A DNA stretch of 64,000 bases from Bispira polyomma (taxonomy: Eukaryota), in contig OZ287752.1 in assembly GCA_965649765.1 (NCBI GenBank), positions 16,306,001-16,370,000 of the forward strand, written 5' to 3'. The notes under the pieces are model-generated. The model ran no database searches. It was not told the DNA's origin and saw nothing but the letters and a program-made list of their open reading frames with translations. Position numbers and translations under genes: made by a program. Below, piece after piece: positions 1 to 21,617 of the stretch (position 1 is the first letter of the stretch; every line of letters begins with the position of its first letter).

Positions 1-1323
1 ATATAGTTTCAAATAAAAGTATTGCCTTCTTAAAAAATGCTACATATGTATGAAAATATTTGGCTATGTATGATCTTTGAAGGAATATTGATGCTTGTAA
101 ATATAGTACCAAGAGGTAAACAAAGATGGCTTAAGAAAAAAATTGTCAAATTTTACAAACTTTGGCGAGAAAGTACATTTAGAAAAGATTTAGACCTTTA
201 AACTAAAATTATTACCTTGTACTACTACATATTTATGCAGTGTTTTATTGTTTCAATCGTGATCTACTTCTGATTTTTAAAGGAATATTCAAACTCGTTC
301 ATAAGATATAAATTGTTTGGGCGATAAATGAAGGTTTATTCGGGTACTGAGTTCCAGAAACTAGGATCCGGGTAGCAGTATCACGGGTGGGTACCCAGAC
401 TTTTAAGTATCTAATATTCTGTGTCGTAATGGCCTCTGACATGTGACGACATGAATTAGATTGACAGTAGACTTGAGGCCAGTGGTTTGCCGTTCAGAAA
501 TCTTAACCAACCACCCAGTACTGTTTTCCCTCCCATCAATAAACTGCCTGGTCGTGATAAAATATGCAGTTGTTTAGAATGACATTAAACCCCAAATTAA
601 CTAGTCTTCCATAATGGGCGTGCTTATTAAGTTGTGTGGAGGATTGATGTGTTACTGTATGTATTATATTCTGAGTTTTGCCAAGGACTTCCTAGTTTAT
701 GTTTTAACGTGACAAGTGAGGATTGTTCTGTGACGGGCGGACTGAGTACTAATCTGAAGATTGTCACAAACCACTAGATGTGGTGTCTGATGTCATGTAC
801 ACATAATTGTATTGTGGTAATGGTGATCAGGAGAGCATTGTAACAGTAAATCCTCCCTGAAATATGATTGTTTCTATATAATAAAAAATATCTATCTTAG
901 AACACTAGCACTTTTCAAGTGTCCAAAAGGGCCACGTTTAAATATAAGTGCAATGGTAATGGTGAGCTGAAATACGGTGTAACTAGTCCTCCCCTCTGAA
1001 TGGTCATGGGTTTAAATCTCAGCTGCAGCATGTATTTGGTCAAGCTGCTGAAGGCCACATTGTTTGTAGTTTAGAAATCTAGACAAACACATTACTACCT
1101 TTTTCTGCAACAATAAACTGCCCGTCCTGATATAATAATCTCTTCTTAAAAGTAGCTTTAAACCTAAATTTTTTAACTTAAAGAACATTTTCTTTTACGC
1201 AGTTTCGTTTATCTATTTTAACCAAAGTGGTAATAAAATTAGTGGTATATTATAGGCATATCACGATACTTGTTATGGCTAAAGTGACACCGGTTAAGCT
1301 ATACTTTCCTGTTTTATGTGTAG

Positions 1324-9786
<8,463 letters not shown>

Positions 9787-10184
9787 ATGAGGACATTATG
9801 AGTAGACCAAAACCAGTCGGTCACAGTGACTAGATGAGGACACTATGTGTAGATAAAAACAGTAGATCACAGTGACTAGTGGAGTACATTATGAATATAT
9901 ATGTCTATGAAACAGTGGTTCAGAGTGTACTAGAGGAGTACATTATATAGGAGTATAAAAATATTGATGAACAGAGGAATTAAATGGGTGCATTATGGAT
10001 GTAAATATTGGATTTGCAAGTCGACCTTGTTTAATCAGAGAAACCAGTGTCAGGCCACACACACAAGAAGACATTCTATATATTATCTAGCACTTGAAAG
10101 CTGTATATACCTACAGCCTGTGAGATCTCCCAAGGTTTACATTCTAAAAATCTGTTACAAAGTTTAAAGCTAAAAAGACACTCT

Positions 10185-10413
10185 TTAGAGAGCAACGCCT
10201 CCACCAACAGTCAAAAAAAAGAGGGAAAAATTCTTGAATCTGCCAATTTACCCGAATATGCTGTAAAATTCAATGGATCCTTACCTGATCTATGCCCCCC
10301 ATCTGTCCATTCTAATACACGGAAATCAGTGTTGTAGTTTTTTTGTAAACCTGATGACAAACAAGCTTACAAATAGACATGCGTCAAACATCACCTCTTT
10401 TGGTGGAGATAAT
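10185..10413. mobile_element. Putative HINE/DINE-1-like non-autonomous Helentron
   Basis: Short subterminal inverted pair cctccaccaa ... ttggtggagataat with an internal (acaa)-like microsatellite. Confidence 0.4.
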
Positions 10414-13400
10414 TTACAGCATCTTCTATATTGTGTAGTGTTGGGGTCATGACCAGGAGTAAAAACATCTCTGAAGTGGGTAAGCTTCCACATTAGATAT
10501 ACCACTATGTTAATGACATGATTCTGGTTTTATTTTGTTGTTATGTTTGTAATAGAAATGGAGAAATATCAATGCATTTACTTCCCTTCATTGAACTGTG
10601 TAAGATCTATAGAAAGTAAAACACTTTGAAAGTGGCATCTTCTGAATTGTATACCAGGGCTGGTATTCACAAATATTTTTAGCCTTGAATTTTTTTCTAT
10701 CAAGCAATTTGATTGGCTTGGAATATTTTTTTCCATACAAACTGACTGGCGGAGATTAAAACATTCTAAGAAGTTTCAGTGAATACGGCCCCAGGATAAT
10801 AATAGAATGAGTCAAATTTTGATTCTGTAAGGTTTTGTTTATTTAGAACCGAGAATAATAAGTGCATTTACATTATTTAATTGGACTTTGTATCCAAACT
10901 GGTATTTTGTGTAGTATTACATGTATTATCTGTGCTAATAATAGAACTGTTCTATTTTCTGTTTCTTTTTTCCAAACTTTTGGTACCCATTTTCAAGGGT
11001 TTAGTAATCTAAACGCACAAACCTATCGCCAATAAACAGTATTGCATGTGGTAGAGCTTCTTCGAACATGCAGTGCTTCACTATTGTCACCTAAAAACTC
11101 AATTTATGGATAGCATATTTACATTTTCATGAGTAGATTCTTCGATATGTCATTTAATATTAACTGTTAATTTAAAGCATAAAAAAATGGGCAGGACTAT
11201 ATATTAAAAATTTTGTATAAAATGATAAAAGTTGGTCAAATTTCTAATTTAACCAGTAATCAACAACTTGTTAAATAGACTTTTTATTTTCAACATTACA
11301 GAACTGTTGGGTATGAAATACATCATCATCAGTATGAACATGTACAATGGACTTCAGGGTTGATTATAGATATAGTAGAACCTTTATTATCCGGACATGT
11401 TCGGAGAGCAAGATATTGTTTGCATAATAGAAGGTTCATTATATATAAGAGGCATTTCTGTATGAAAACAATAAGAAAAATGTAGACTTGGTAGAGTGAA
11501 AATATGTTCATAAAATTGAATATTCGGACGATAGAAGTTCCGATAATAGAGATTTTATTGTACTATAATTAAGAACCTGGGTCAGACTTCTAGGGAGTCG
11601 TATTGTGGTTATCAGAGGTGCATTACTTTCAAAGTTTTCTGTCAGATTAAAATTTGTGGGTGATCAGGGAGATAAGAGTTTAAGACAAGGTTGAGAAATA
11701 TCTCCTGTGTAAAAAGTGTCAATTATAAAGAAATAAATTATTTTATGCCAAAAAGTGTCTTTATCTGTATGAAATCTTGAATAGATTTTTGGAAGATCAA
11801 AGCCAGTAACAAAACTAAAAGGATATAGAAAGTGTTTCCCTTGGGTCAACACTGATAACAGACAAAGGCTAATTTAAAGGTCAAGTTTGTTGCTGAAATG
11901 AAGCTATTTGCTCATTTGACAGACCTAACATGTAAATCATAGCATCCATTAGAAGCCTCAAATCTACAATGAAACCTACATCATCTGAAATGATATCCTC
12001 TGGTTAGTCAGTGCCTGAAAAATCAATTGTAATATTCCAGTTGTATTCACAATACATATTGCAATATATTGGATCATAATACTTTTGCAAATATTAAAGA
12101 GCTTTCAAGTCAAATGAGTTTCTTCAGATGCACAAAAATCGAATCTGCGAGCTTGGAAGAAACTGTAAAAAGCTTGAAAATTTGATTAATATTTAATTTA
12201 TTCAGATTCTGTTGTTGACAAATATTTTGTATGTTCTCACACTTTAGTTCTTGAATACTAAGAAAAGAGCGATATTCAATGATTTGATGTAAAAATTATC
12301 CAACCAATAGGTATTGCTCATTCAATCTTGTAACAATTAATAGGGCACATCGAGTTTTTAATATATTAACCATATGTTTTATGGGCTTTCTTCCAAACTG
12401 ATGTTTTCCTTTTTTGTTTGAAGTACATTTTGAGAGTAATATATTGTTTGCATAATAGAATGTCCATTAAGTAGAATAGACATTTGAGTATAAAAGAATC
12501 AGGATGATATAAATTGGGGCGAGTGGTCAGTCTTCATCAAATCCAATATTTGGACAATAGAAGTTCAGATAATGGAGCCTCATCATTAGAAACCATGTGG
12601 ATGCAGGGCCAATTAGTTTGTTGTCTATATTAGAATTGGGGGGGGGGGGGGGGGGGTTTACGTTGCCATTAACAGTTTAGTCATGTGATGGTCAGACTTA
12701 AAGGTGGAATAACTAGTACTGAAGACACTGTAAACCATCGGCCGACAAGTACCTGACAAACATCCCCACATGAAGGAACCAACAGGAAGATTCAAACCCA
12801 CATTGGCGAGAGGCCAGTGATTATAAAGCTAACAATTCGAATTACCTGACCATATGTCTGCAACTTGCTTTGCCAAGTCTAATTTTCCACTACACAAAAC
12901 ATACAAGTTGAGTTTAGTAAAAAATAAGTAAATAAATTTGGTAAATGTGTGCTTCAAAGAGGTTTTCTCGGAATCAAACTTACACTTGATAAAATGTAAA
13001 ACTTTGATAAAATGTAAAACTTTGTAAGGACACAAAGGTCAGCTTGCTTTCAAATTTTACCTTAAAAATTGTCTTTCGTGTCATTTGGAAAACAAGACAA
13101 AGAATTTTTGATGCTTATATTATTATAGGCAAGAAATATATATATATATATATGTAAGGTAATCATTCAAAATATAGCATTAGTAAATTGTTCAGATTTA
13201 ACTTTATGCATCCTATAAGACCATGGATCAATGGATATTTGTGGTTTTTACTGTTCTCAGGACCAGATACAGGAATAATCCTTTAAAGGTTGAAAAAAAA
13301 AGTCAAGATAAAAGCAACATACATAGTCTAACTGACTCATTTATTACAAGAAATCATAAACTTGACATACACTTCAGCTGTGAAAAAGTACATGTACCTA

Positions 13401-16160
13401 ATACTTTTTTAGCTTAACAATCGTGTTAAATTTTAAAAATAGTTTGCAAATCAAACCGAATGGATTTTATTCAATTCAGTTTCACCTACATAATGAATAT
13501 TTGACTACGGTTTGATGCCCATTAAAAATCATCTTTTTTTCATACCAAAAATATGCATAATCATAGTTCTAACACTTAACTGGTTACGGAAATGGACTAA
13601 GCATTTAGAAAGCTTTAAAAATTAGATAAGTACTGGAATATATAAACTTCTTTGTGATTATAATATACAGAAGATTTTCAAGAAGTCTGGTTACCGGAAT
13701 GTTATTGGAGACCTGACACTAGGTCAGATTGAATGAGAAGTTCAACTATATGTATGGGGTCAGATTTACAAATGAGTGACAATTAAAAATTCTTTGATTC
13801 TAACCAAAGGAGTCACTTTAAAATGTCTGATCAATATGAATAACAAATTGTATGCTTTACAATAAAATAAATGGGGATCTGTGAATGGAAAGCTAATTTA
13901 TTTGAAGTACATGCACTTTGTAAACTTTGCACTAAATATTTAAGCAAAATCCTTGATTAAGCCAGATTTTGAGATGACTGAACGTCGGATAAACAAACTT
14001 CTGTATTATAAAAGCAACTATTAAGTCGTAATAATATTTTCATTCATTCTCATCTGGAATTTAACCACTTTAAGTCGCACCTCGAGGGAGGGCCCAGGAG
14101 AAATACCTCTACTTAAGCAAAAATTCCATGTACAGAGTAAATTTTAAAGGAAAAGTCCTTTGCAGGATTATTTGTATTTCTCCACATAAGATGGAAATCG
14201 ACTTAACAGAGTTCTACTTAAATGGCTGAACTGTATGTCAACATTTTTGGTGGGTATTTTATAGTAGGTAAACCGTTTTGGTTTATGTACCTGTAAAATG
14301 ACTTCAATATTGGTTGATATCGGGACATAGCAAGAAATTTGTGAAGAAACTGAAACAAATCATAATAAAAAACCTGCCTGTATATAACCGAAAGTGAGAA
14401 CTGCCAAATATGTTTACAAGTAAAAATGGACTTAAAATGGTCCTCATTCATTATTTAAAAGGTATTAACCATAAAATATAACTAAAATGGTTGTATGAAT
14501 TTCCCAAGGTGTAATATGTGTCTATTATGATATTGATGGGTTTGTATTACACATCAATATCTGCACGCAAAAGCCTAAACAATAAATACTGAAAACAATT
14601 TACCCACTAGTATTTCATGCGTCTTATTAGACATTTGAGCTTACGAAGCCAAAATATTTTATTAAAGCTTGAGGATTTAATAACAAAGATATAACTGTAT
14701 AAATACACAAGTAAATCAGCATCAATTAACAAACACTTTTCTTAACAATAGATATAACACATCATGTTACAGCATGCTGTGCTGAATGTAAAACATTATG
14801 TAATTAATTGCAAGCACTCAGTTTAGAAAAGAAAAGCTTAGAAAAACAATTTTATTTTGATCACCGGTTAAAAAGTTGCTGTACAAATATAAAAGAAAGA
14901 ACATTTCTTATTGGTTGCCAGTAAAGCTTCATGTTTGAACATCAGACAGGGCAGAAACCCCATTATAGTAAATTAAAAGTATAAATGAAATTCTATTTCA
15001 CTAAGACCTAAAGAAGGAAAATGAATAGCAAGAGATTCATAAATTTACAAAAATTTAGTTATTGTTGGGGTCTCCAATTATCAGGAACAGTCTCACTAAC
15101 GTGAAATTAAAATATTATAATCAAAATTAGAAGAAATATAAAATCAAGCCACCTCAATCAATAATACAAGCCACGTCGATGAAAAAGAAGAGCGTTAATA
15201 TTGTAAAAGCAGCTGGCTAATGGTTATATATCTGTTCAGTTCAAAGTTTAAAATAATACTTGTTCTTTCCCCATTCAAATTTTTTTTAACATAGTTAACA
15301 ATTCTAAATCTTCCAGAAAGCATTAGACTTGAAGAAGTCTTGTCCCAATAGAAACCCTTTCAAGCTAACAGAGCAGAATATATAGCAATAGAAGAAGACT
15401 CGGAAGATTCAAATTCATGTATATTTAGGCAAGTACATATGGTGCTGCCCATATTACATTGTCTCGAAAAGGTTGCAAGACTTTCTTCACAAAATTAAAA
15501 GGAAGATACCAATCACGTTAACATAAGAAATGTGGAATTTCTTCCTTGTCCTGCATGGAATTCAGAAAAATTCAAAATGTTCCGAGACATATTTTAACGG
15601 TCATCAGGTCATACTTCCTCCATCCCAAATATGGAGTCAGAATGTGTACTAGTTTAAATAGTTTTTACAGAAATTGCCATTGACACCATAGTTAAGTGCC
15701 ACCTAATTCTTAATCCTCTATCCATATCATCTGACTTGAAAGAAGCCCTAATCTATTGATTCTACTCCGCCCAGAATGAAATCTCTCCTGAATGATGACA
15801 AGAAAGATTGTACATTAATTTAATTTTTTATATAATATTTATCAGACATTATGATTAAGGTGTCCTAGTGAATTATATTCTGGAAGTGAAAATGTACTAA
15901 AGCAAGCTTACCAATGGAAGATATTAAACATAGGATTTAAAAAAAAACAAAAAACATATTTGCCTCAACTTCAAAGCAATTTTGGATACTCTTGTCTTTT
16001 GGAACCTGATCACCATTACTGTTTTCTGTAAGCTTAGCTTAAATACCACAGATGCTTGTTTTGTTCAGATAATTCTTTCTGCTCTTATATAGACATTGCA
16101 AATCAAACTGGATCACAAAGCGAAAGAATGAATGTTGTAGACTGATATGTTCAGCATACA

Positions 16161-17935
16161 CTAGCTTTTAACAGGTGGCGAGTCATCTGGCTTCTCCAAA
16201 ACTGGCTCGTAATAGTCCAGCAGCTGGCAGTGGAACTCTGAAGGCTGAGGACATTGCAGAAGATACTCTGTGCATGTTTTCTGACCATCAGGTCCCTCTA
16301 CCTCTTCTACTGCACTTTCATGCTCCAGACATTTGTAGTAACTGCACACATGGTACTCATCATATTTAGGTGCAAGGATATCTAAAAAGGCGATCGTACC
16401 AATGGGTGCAGATATCTCGTGTACATTTCTATCACCAGGGGACAGCACACACACGTCGCTATCTTTTGTGACCATTAGGGGTTCATGTTTCACATGCCCC
16501 GTCACACATGATCGCTCCCATTGTCGTAATGACTGGAGTAAGCTTTCAGGTGGCTCTTTCTCTTTTCCTATTGTAAGAAACAGAAACATTAAATACATAT
16601 TTAAAGTGTGGGTCATATTTCAAATTGCTTTACCTTACATATATAATGCTAAACTTTATGAAATGCTAATATATAAAAATGTTGTTGATTAGAATTAGTT
16701 GTTTTTTTTCTTTTTATAAACAAGTAGATGTGTGTGATTTCTAATAGTCTAAGACTGGAAAGTGGTATAACCCTCATATATACCCAAATTCGATAGTTCA
16801 ATACATGTATTGAACAAACAGAAATAATCAAGTTAAAGAAGCTGCATGTAAAATACTTTGCAAAGGAAATTTTAACTTATTAAAAATAAGTCATTCAATT
16901 CCATTGGTATTGAAGTGGGTAACAACTTCAAAACAGAGCCAGTTTTCAAGTTGCCTTAAATAAAAACCCTCTACAATGCAGGTCAAAAACAGTTAAATAT
17001 CGTTGTATGGAAGTTGGTACTTCTCGGTGCTCTCTCTACAACAGTTTACCTAATTTGCATAAAATTCTTTCAATATTGCTCATATACACATGGCTTGTCA
17101 TTTAACTGTCAAAATTAATACTGGTGTCGTAACAGTTAAGGTATGATATTAGTTGGGGTTTTTAGTGTACTTAATACAAATATGTTTAACGTTGAATACA
17201 AAGTTAAGTAGTACGGTGAAAACCCCACTGCGCCGAAAACATGATGCATGACCATACTCAAAACCAGAATGTTAATTATGTAACAATTTAATGCCTTTTT
17301 TTTACCTCATATTTCCTTAATTTTTATTAGAGATAATTGAAGTTTGTTTTTATTTCGAAATGGCAAATGATTAATGCTAAATTGCAATAATACTAATAGA
17401 AAGTGATCGATAACAGGAAGTTTGACTATGTATAAGAGAATCCTTGGGGTTTTCGCCGCACTTAATAAAAATATATTTATCGTAAAATAGGTACAAAGTT
17501 AAAGCATTACGCCAATGATTAACCACGCCAATAACCCCACTGCGCTGAAAACATGATGCATTAATTTATCATACCTTCAGGTAGGCTTGAAAAACTTTTG
17601 ATTTCAGCTGTGCCATGTATCACCTTCACAATACCATGCATGTCCGGGTGATTGTGCAGAGGTATTCGCTGACCATTTCGGACGATAAAGATTCCCATTG
17701 AAAAGTGGGGGGAATCCCATAAATACACATAGCCAACCGGGGCTTCGTGAAGTGCTTCATCAAACTTTGTGTTATCATCGAGGATATCACTGTTGAATTT
17801 TATCTCATTCACTGTGAAACCTTTGACTAATTCCGCTAACTTAGATACATTTTCACTCACATCACCACTTCCCTCAAATCGAGAGAAAGTTCTGTGAGCA
17901 AAATTTAAGATACGTTGAACAAGTGGACCATTCAT
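16161..17935 (-). CDS. ADO: 2-aminoethanethiol (cysteamine) dioxygenase, PCO/ADO family, 255 aa
   Basis: Exon 1 17935-17575 (donor G|gtatga) and exon 2 16567-16161 (acceptor caatag|GA), 768 nt in total. Motifs FSMGIF, IPLHNHPDMHGIVKVIHG (HxH), NVHEI (third His), AFLDILAP-Y and CSYY. Confidence 0.95.
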
Positions 17936-17975
17936 GTTTTTATTTGGAGGTTGAGGACAACAAAACGGAACGGGA

Positions 17976-17983
17976 ACTTCCGG
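17976..17983 (-). promoter_or_regulatory. ETS-family consensus CCGGAAGT in a CpG-rich patch just upstream of the ADO ATG
   Basis: acttccgg on + lies 41-48 bp from the ATG within a locally CpG-rich stretch (17965-18001). Function is inferred only. Confidence 0.45.
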
Positions 17984-17999
17984 TTTGGCGGCGGCGGCT

Positions 18000-20900
18000 C
18001 GTAAATTTCAAAATTAAATTAATCTAGTCTTTTTATACCCACGTTTTGGCTTGTTTTACTCAAAAATCATCCTCACATGTTAGTATATAAACTGTTTTTC
18101 TATTTTTATGCTTAGTCTTTGTACAACATCTCTTATTTTTTTGAATGTGGGGTTATACTGAAAACGATCCCCTATTATCGACCATCACCACTGTATATTG
18201 TTTTCTGTTTTTTGTGCTTGGTACCCCTTTTTTTGTACCATCACGTTTACTTTTAGCGCTTGGCCCTTTTGTATCCTCATGCAATATTTTATTCCTTGTT
18301 TTTCTCCGAATTATTTTACAATCCCCCTTACAATATGTTTGCCATTAGGGCTGCCATCTTGTACCTGTCATTCCTTACGTTCTGTTACCGCAACGACTTA
18401 AAACTATCTGATACATTGTCAAAGCAGTACCACTTGGAAGACATTAATTTGTCTTGCAATCCTGTTCCACACTTTTGGTCCCTTCATACACACTGTTATT
18501 TTCGATCTAAATTCTGCCCAGTCAATTACCTACCAAAGGCAAAAACATTCAAACTCATTACCATCCTACTGGCAGGTGATATTGCGAGTAACCCTGGCCC
18601 TATTCAGTTCGGATTTGGAAATGCCCGCTAGTTGCGGAATAAAGGCCCTGTCATAGCCGATTTGATCGACTCATCCTCCATAGATATTTTCGCCATCACA
18701 GAAACACACATTAGGAGTTCTGATACTCCATCATTCCTGTCTGAACTTACCCCAGCTGATTTTCAGCTATTCCATACCCCTCGTGTAGGTAAACAGGGTG
18801 GGGGGGTGGGATTTTTTATTAAGAAAAACTATGAATGTCGATTAGTTGCTACACCAAGCTTTACATCTTTCGAACTCATCCTTGTCTCTGCTCACTGGAA
18901 AAACCAGTGTTTAAATTTTGCCACAGTTTATCGGCCTCCTGGCTCAAATCTCACTACATTTTTTGATGAATTCATGTCCTTTGTTGGGTTTACTTGCTCG
19001 GTACCCTCTCCTACTGTATTCTGTGGGGATTTCAATATTCACATAGACACCGCATCTGGAAATAGTAATCAGTTTTCCACAGTTTTTGAATCTTGCAATC
19101 TTACCCAACACATAAACTTCCCTACCCATATTCATGGGCATACACTAGACTGCTTGCTAACTCCGACTGATTTCAATGGTATCAGAAACATAAAAAACAT
19201 TGGCTGCATCAGTGATCATTTTTCGATATCCTGTGAAATTGATGCTCCCTCCCCACCATCTTTTGATGTCACACAAATCACTTTTCGGCAATTTCAAAAA
19301 ATCAATATGTCTGACCTTAGACGAGAGTTGGCAGATACGGCCTTCGTCAAGTCTCCTGCTGATAATGCCAGTGACCTATACACACAGTACTGCGCTGACC
19401 TGCAGTCTCTTATAGAACGCCATGCGCCATGTAAATCAAAGACATTGAAGAAGCCGGCACCTGAGTGGATCACCAGTAATTATCGTGAAATGAAGATGCT
19501 GCGCAGACAAGCCGAACGAACATGGCGCCGAAACAAAACTACTACAAATAGATCTAGACTACGCCAATGGATCACCCGGTGCAACAACACTATAAATGAC
19601 TCAAAACGTGCCTACTATGCTCAGATGATATCACAAAGCGAGGGTGACCCGAAGAAACTTTGGCAAAAACTAAATAGCACCCTCCACCGTAAAAAACAGA
19701 CTATACTACCAGAAAATTCCAATAGCAAATCACTGGCAAACATTTTTAGTACTTTTTTCACTGATAAAATTACCAGAATCCGTGACGGTTTTACATTAGC
19801 TGCCCCAAATGCCCCTTTACCAACATCTCCACCAACTATCTTCAACTGTTTCTCCACAGTAACTGTTGATGAAGTCAGGAAAATTATACTGGCATCACCC
19901 GTAAAATCTTGCTTGCTAGATCCGTGGCCCACATTCCTTGTTAAAGAATGTATTGACATTTTATTGCCCTCAATCACAAAACTTATCAACCTCTCGTTGA
20001 TAAATGGCGTTTTTCCAGATGACTTTAAAAAGGCTATTGTCACTCCTCTAATAAAAAAACCTTCTCTTCCAAAGGCTGACTTGAAAAATTACCGTCCTGT
20101 CTCAGGCCTTTGCTACATCTCTAAGTTGGTAGAACGCGCGGTTGCCTTACAGATCAAACAACATGTTGACGTCGGCAATCTGTCCAATAAGTATCAGTCA
20201 GCGTACAAAAGTGGTCATTCTACTGAGACTGCACTTCTCTGCATCAAAAATGATGTTCATACATCTTTATCCAAAGGTATGCCTACTGCCTTAGTACTGC
20301 TGGATCTGTCAGCAGCCTTTGATACTATTGATCACAAAGTTCTTCTTGAATGCCTATCGTCCTGGTTCGGTATCAGCGGTATGGCGCTTAAGTGGTTCAC
20401 GGCATATTTATCTGATAGATTCCAATCAGTCAAAATTGGCAATATCTTATCCGACCCAACATGGTTAAAATTTGGTGTTCCCCAAGGTTCCGTCCTGGGT
20501 CCCATTTTGTTTTCCATGTACACCACCCCACTCAGCAAGATTATTGCTGCATACAAAAACATAAACTTTCACTTCTATGCTGATGATACCCAACTGTACA
20601 TCCACCTTACACCTGACTCTGCCCAGGTAGCTTTCACTTCCTTACAGAACTGCCTTGTTGATGTACAACACTGGATGGCAGCAAATAAACTCAAGCTGAA
20701 CCCTGAGAAGACTGAGTTTATTTTGTTTGGCTCCAAGTCGCAACGGGAAAAATTGTCCAGCTGTTTTCCACTTGACATTCTTGGCAGCAGGTTTTTTCCA
20801 GCTGAAAAAGTACGAAACCTGGGCGTGGTGTTCGACTCTGAATTTTCCTTCTCGAACCATGTCGCATCGGTGTGTAGATCATGTTTTGTTGGCCTCCGTG

Positions 20901-21592
20901 ATTTCAGGCGGATTCGACGCTATCTTTCCAAATCCACTGCAGTCACTGTTGCCAATGCTTTGGTCAGCAGCAGGCTTGATTACTGCAACTCTCTGTTCCG
21001 TTCCTTATCTCGTAGTGATCTCAGACGCCTTCAGAATATCCAACACTCATTGGCACGTATTGTGACCAAAACATCTAAATTTTCCCACATTACTCCTGTA
21101 CTCAAGTCACTGCACTGGCTCCCAATAAAATATCGTGTTGCTTTCAAAACAGCAACAATAATATATAAATTTCTAAATTCTGGATTACCCACTTATTTTA
21201 GCCCCCATTTATCCAAATATACATGCTCAGTTAGGACTAGGCGCAGTAACCCTGATAAATTATACCTTAACATTCCCACCTTCGACCCTCGCATCCACAA
21301 ATCCAAAGTTCAGTTCAATCACTGCCTAGCTCATGATGGCCCCCTCATTTGGAACAGCCTACCTGATCATGTTCGCCTGGCTCAAACTTTCTCCTCTTTC
21401 AGGAGTAAGCTGAAGGCCTATCTTTTTGAACAGGCTTTTCCACCTTAGCCGTCGCAACCATCTACGGTAGTCTCCCTGGTTACGACTTCCATCCGCCCAC
21501 TATTTTTGATTTGCGATTAACGTTTTGGGTTTGTTGCGCCTTAGAATTTGTTGTACAAAGATTAAGCGCTATAAAAGTACAACTAGATTAGA
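18000..21592 (+). mobile_element. L2/Crack-clade non-LTR retrotransposon, near full length (5' boundary uncertain)
   Basis: APE endonuclease (ITETH, GGGVG, YRPP, GDFNIH, SDHF) and RT (LDLSAAFDT, GVPQGSVLGP, YADD). C-terminal SRLDYCNSL and HITPVLKSLHWLP are typical of the L2 group. Short 3' UTR ending gcgctataaaag..tagattag. Confidence 0.93.
18335..21448 (+). pseudogene. LINE ORF: leader peptide, 2A-like motif, APE endonuclease and reverse transcriptase, interrupted by one in-frame TAG at 18629-18631
   Basis: ORFs 18260-18631 and 18632-21448 are the same frame. The stop falls in the first endonuclease motif NAR*LRNK, normally N-x-R-S-L (TCG>TAG inferred). Confidence 0.85.
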
Positions 21593-21617
21593 ACAAGCCT
21601 CCCTTGTCACGTAAATA

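Noticed and set aside
18020-18056. Short inverted similarity to the LINE 3' end and flank (aatctagtctttttata, ggcttgtt)
   Set aside because: Short, AT-rich and gapped. It is not a TSD and is plausibly chance.
19621-21065. Overlapping and antisense ORFs within the LINE (and equivalents within the Penelope RT and LINE copy 2)
   Set aside because: Shadow frames of long coding sequence with no independent motifs.
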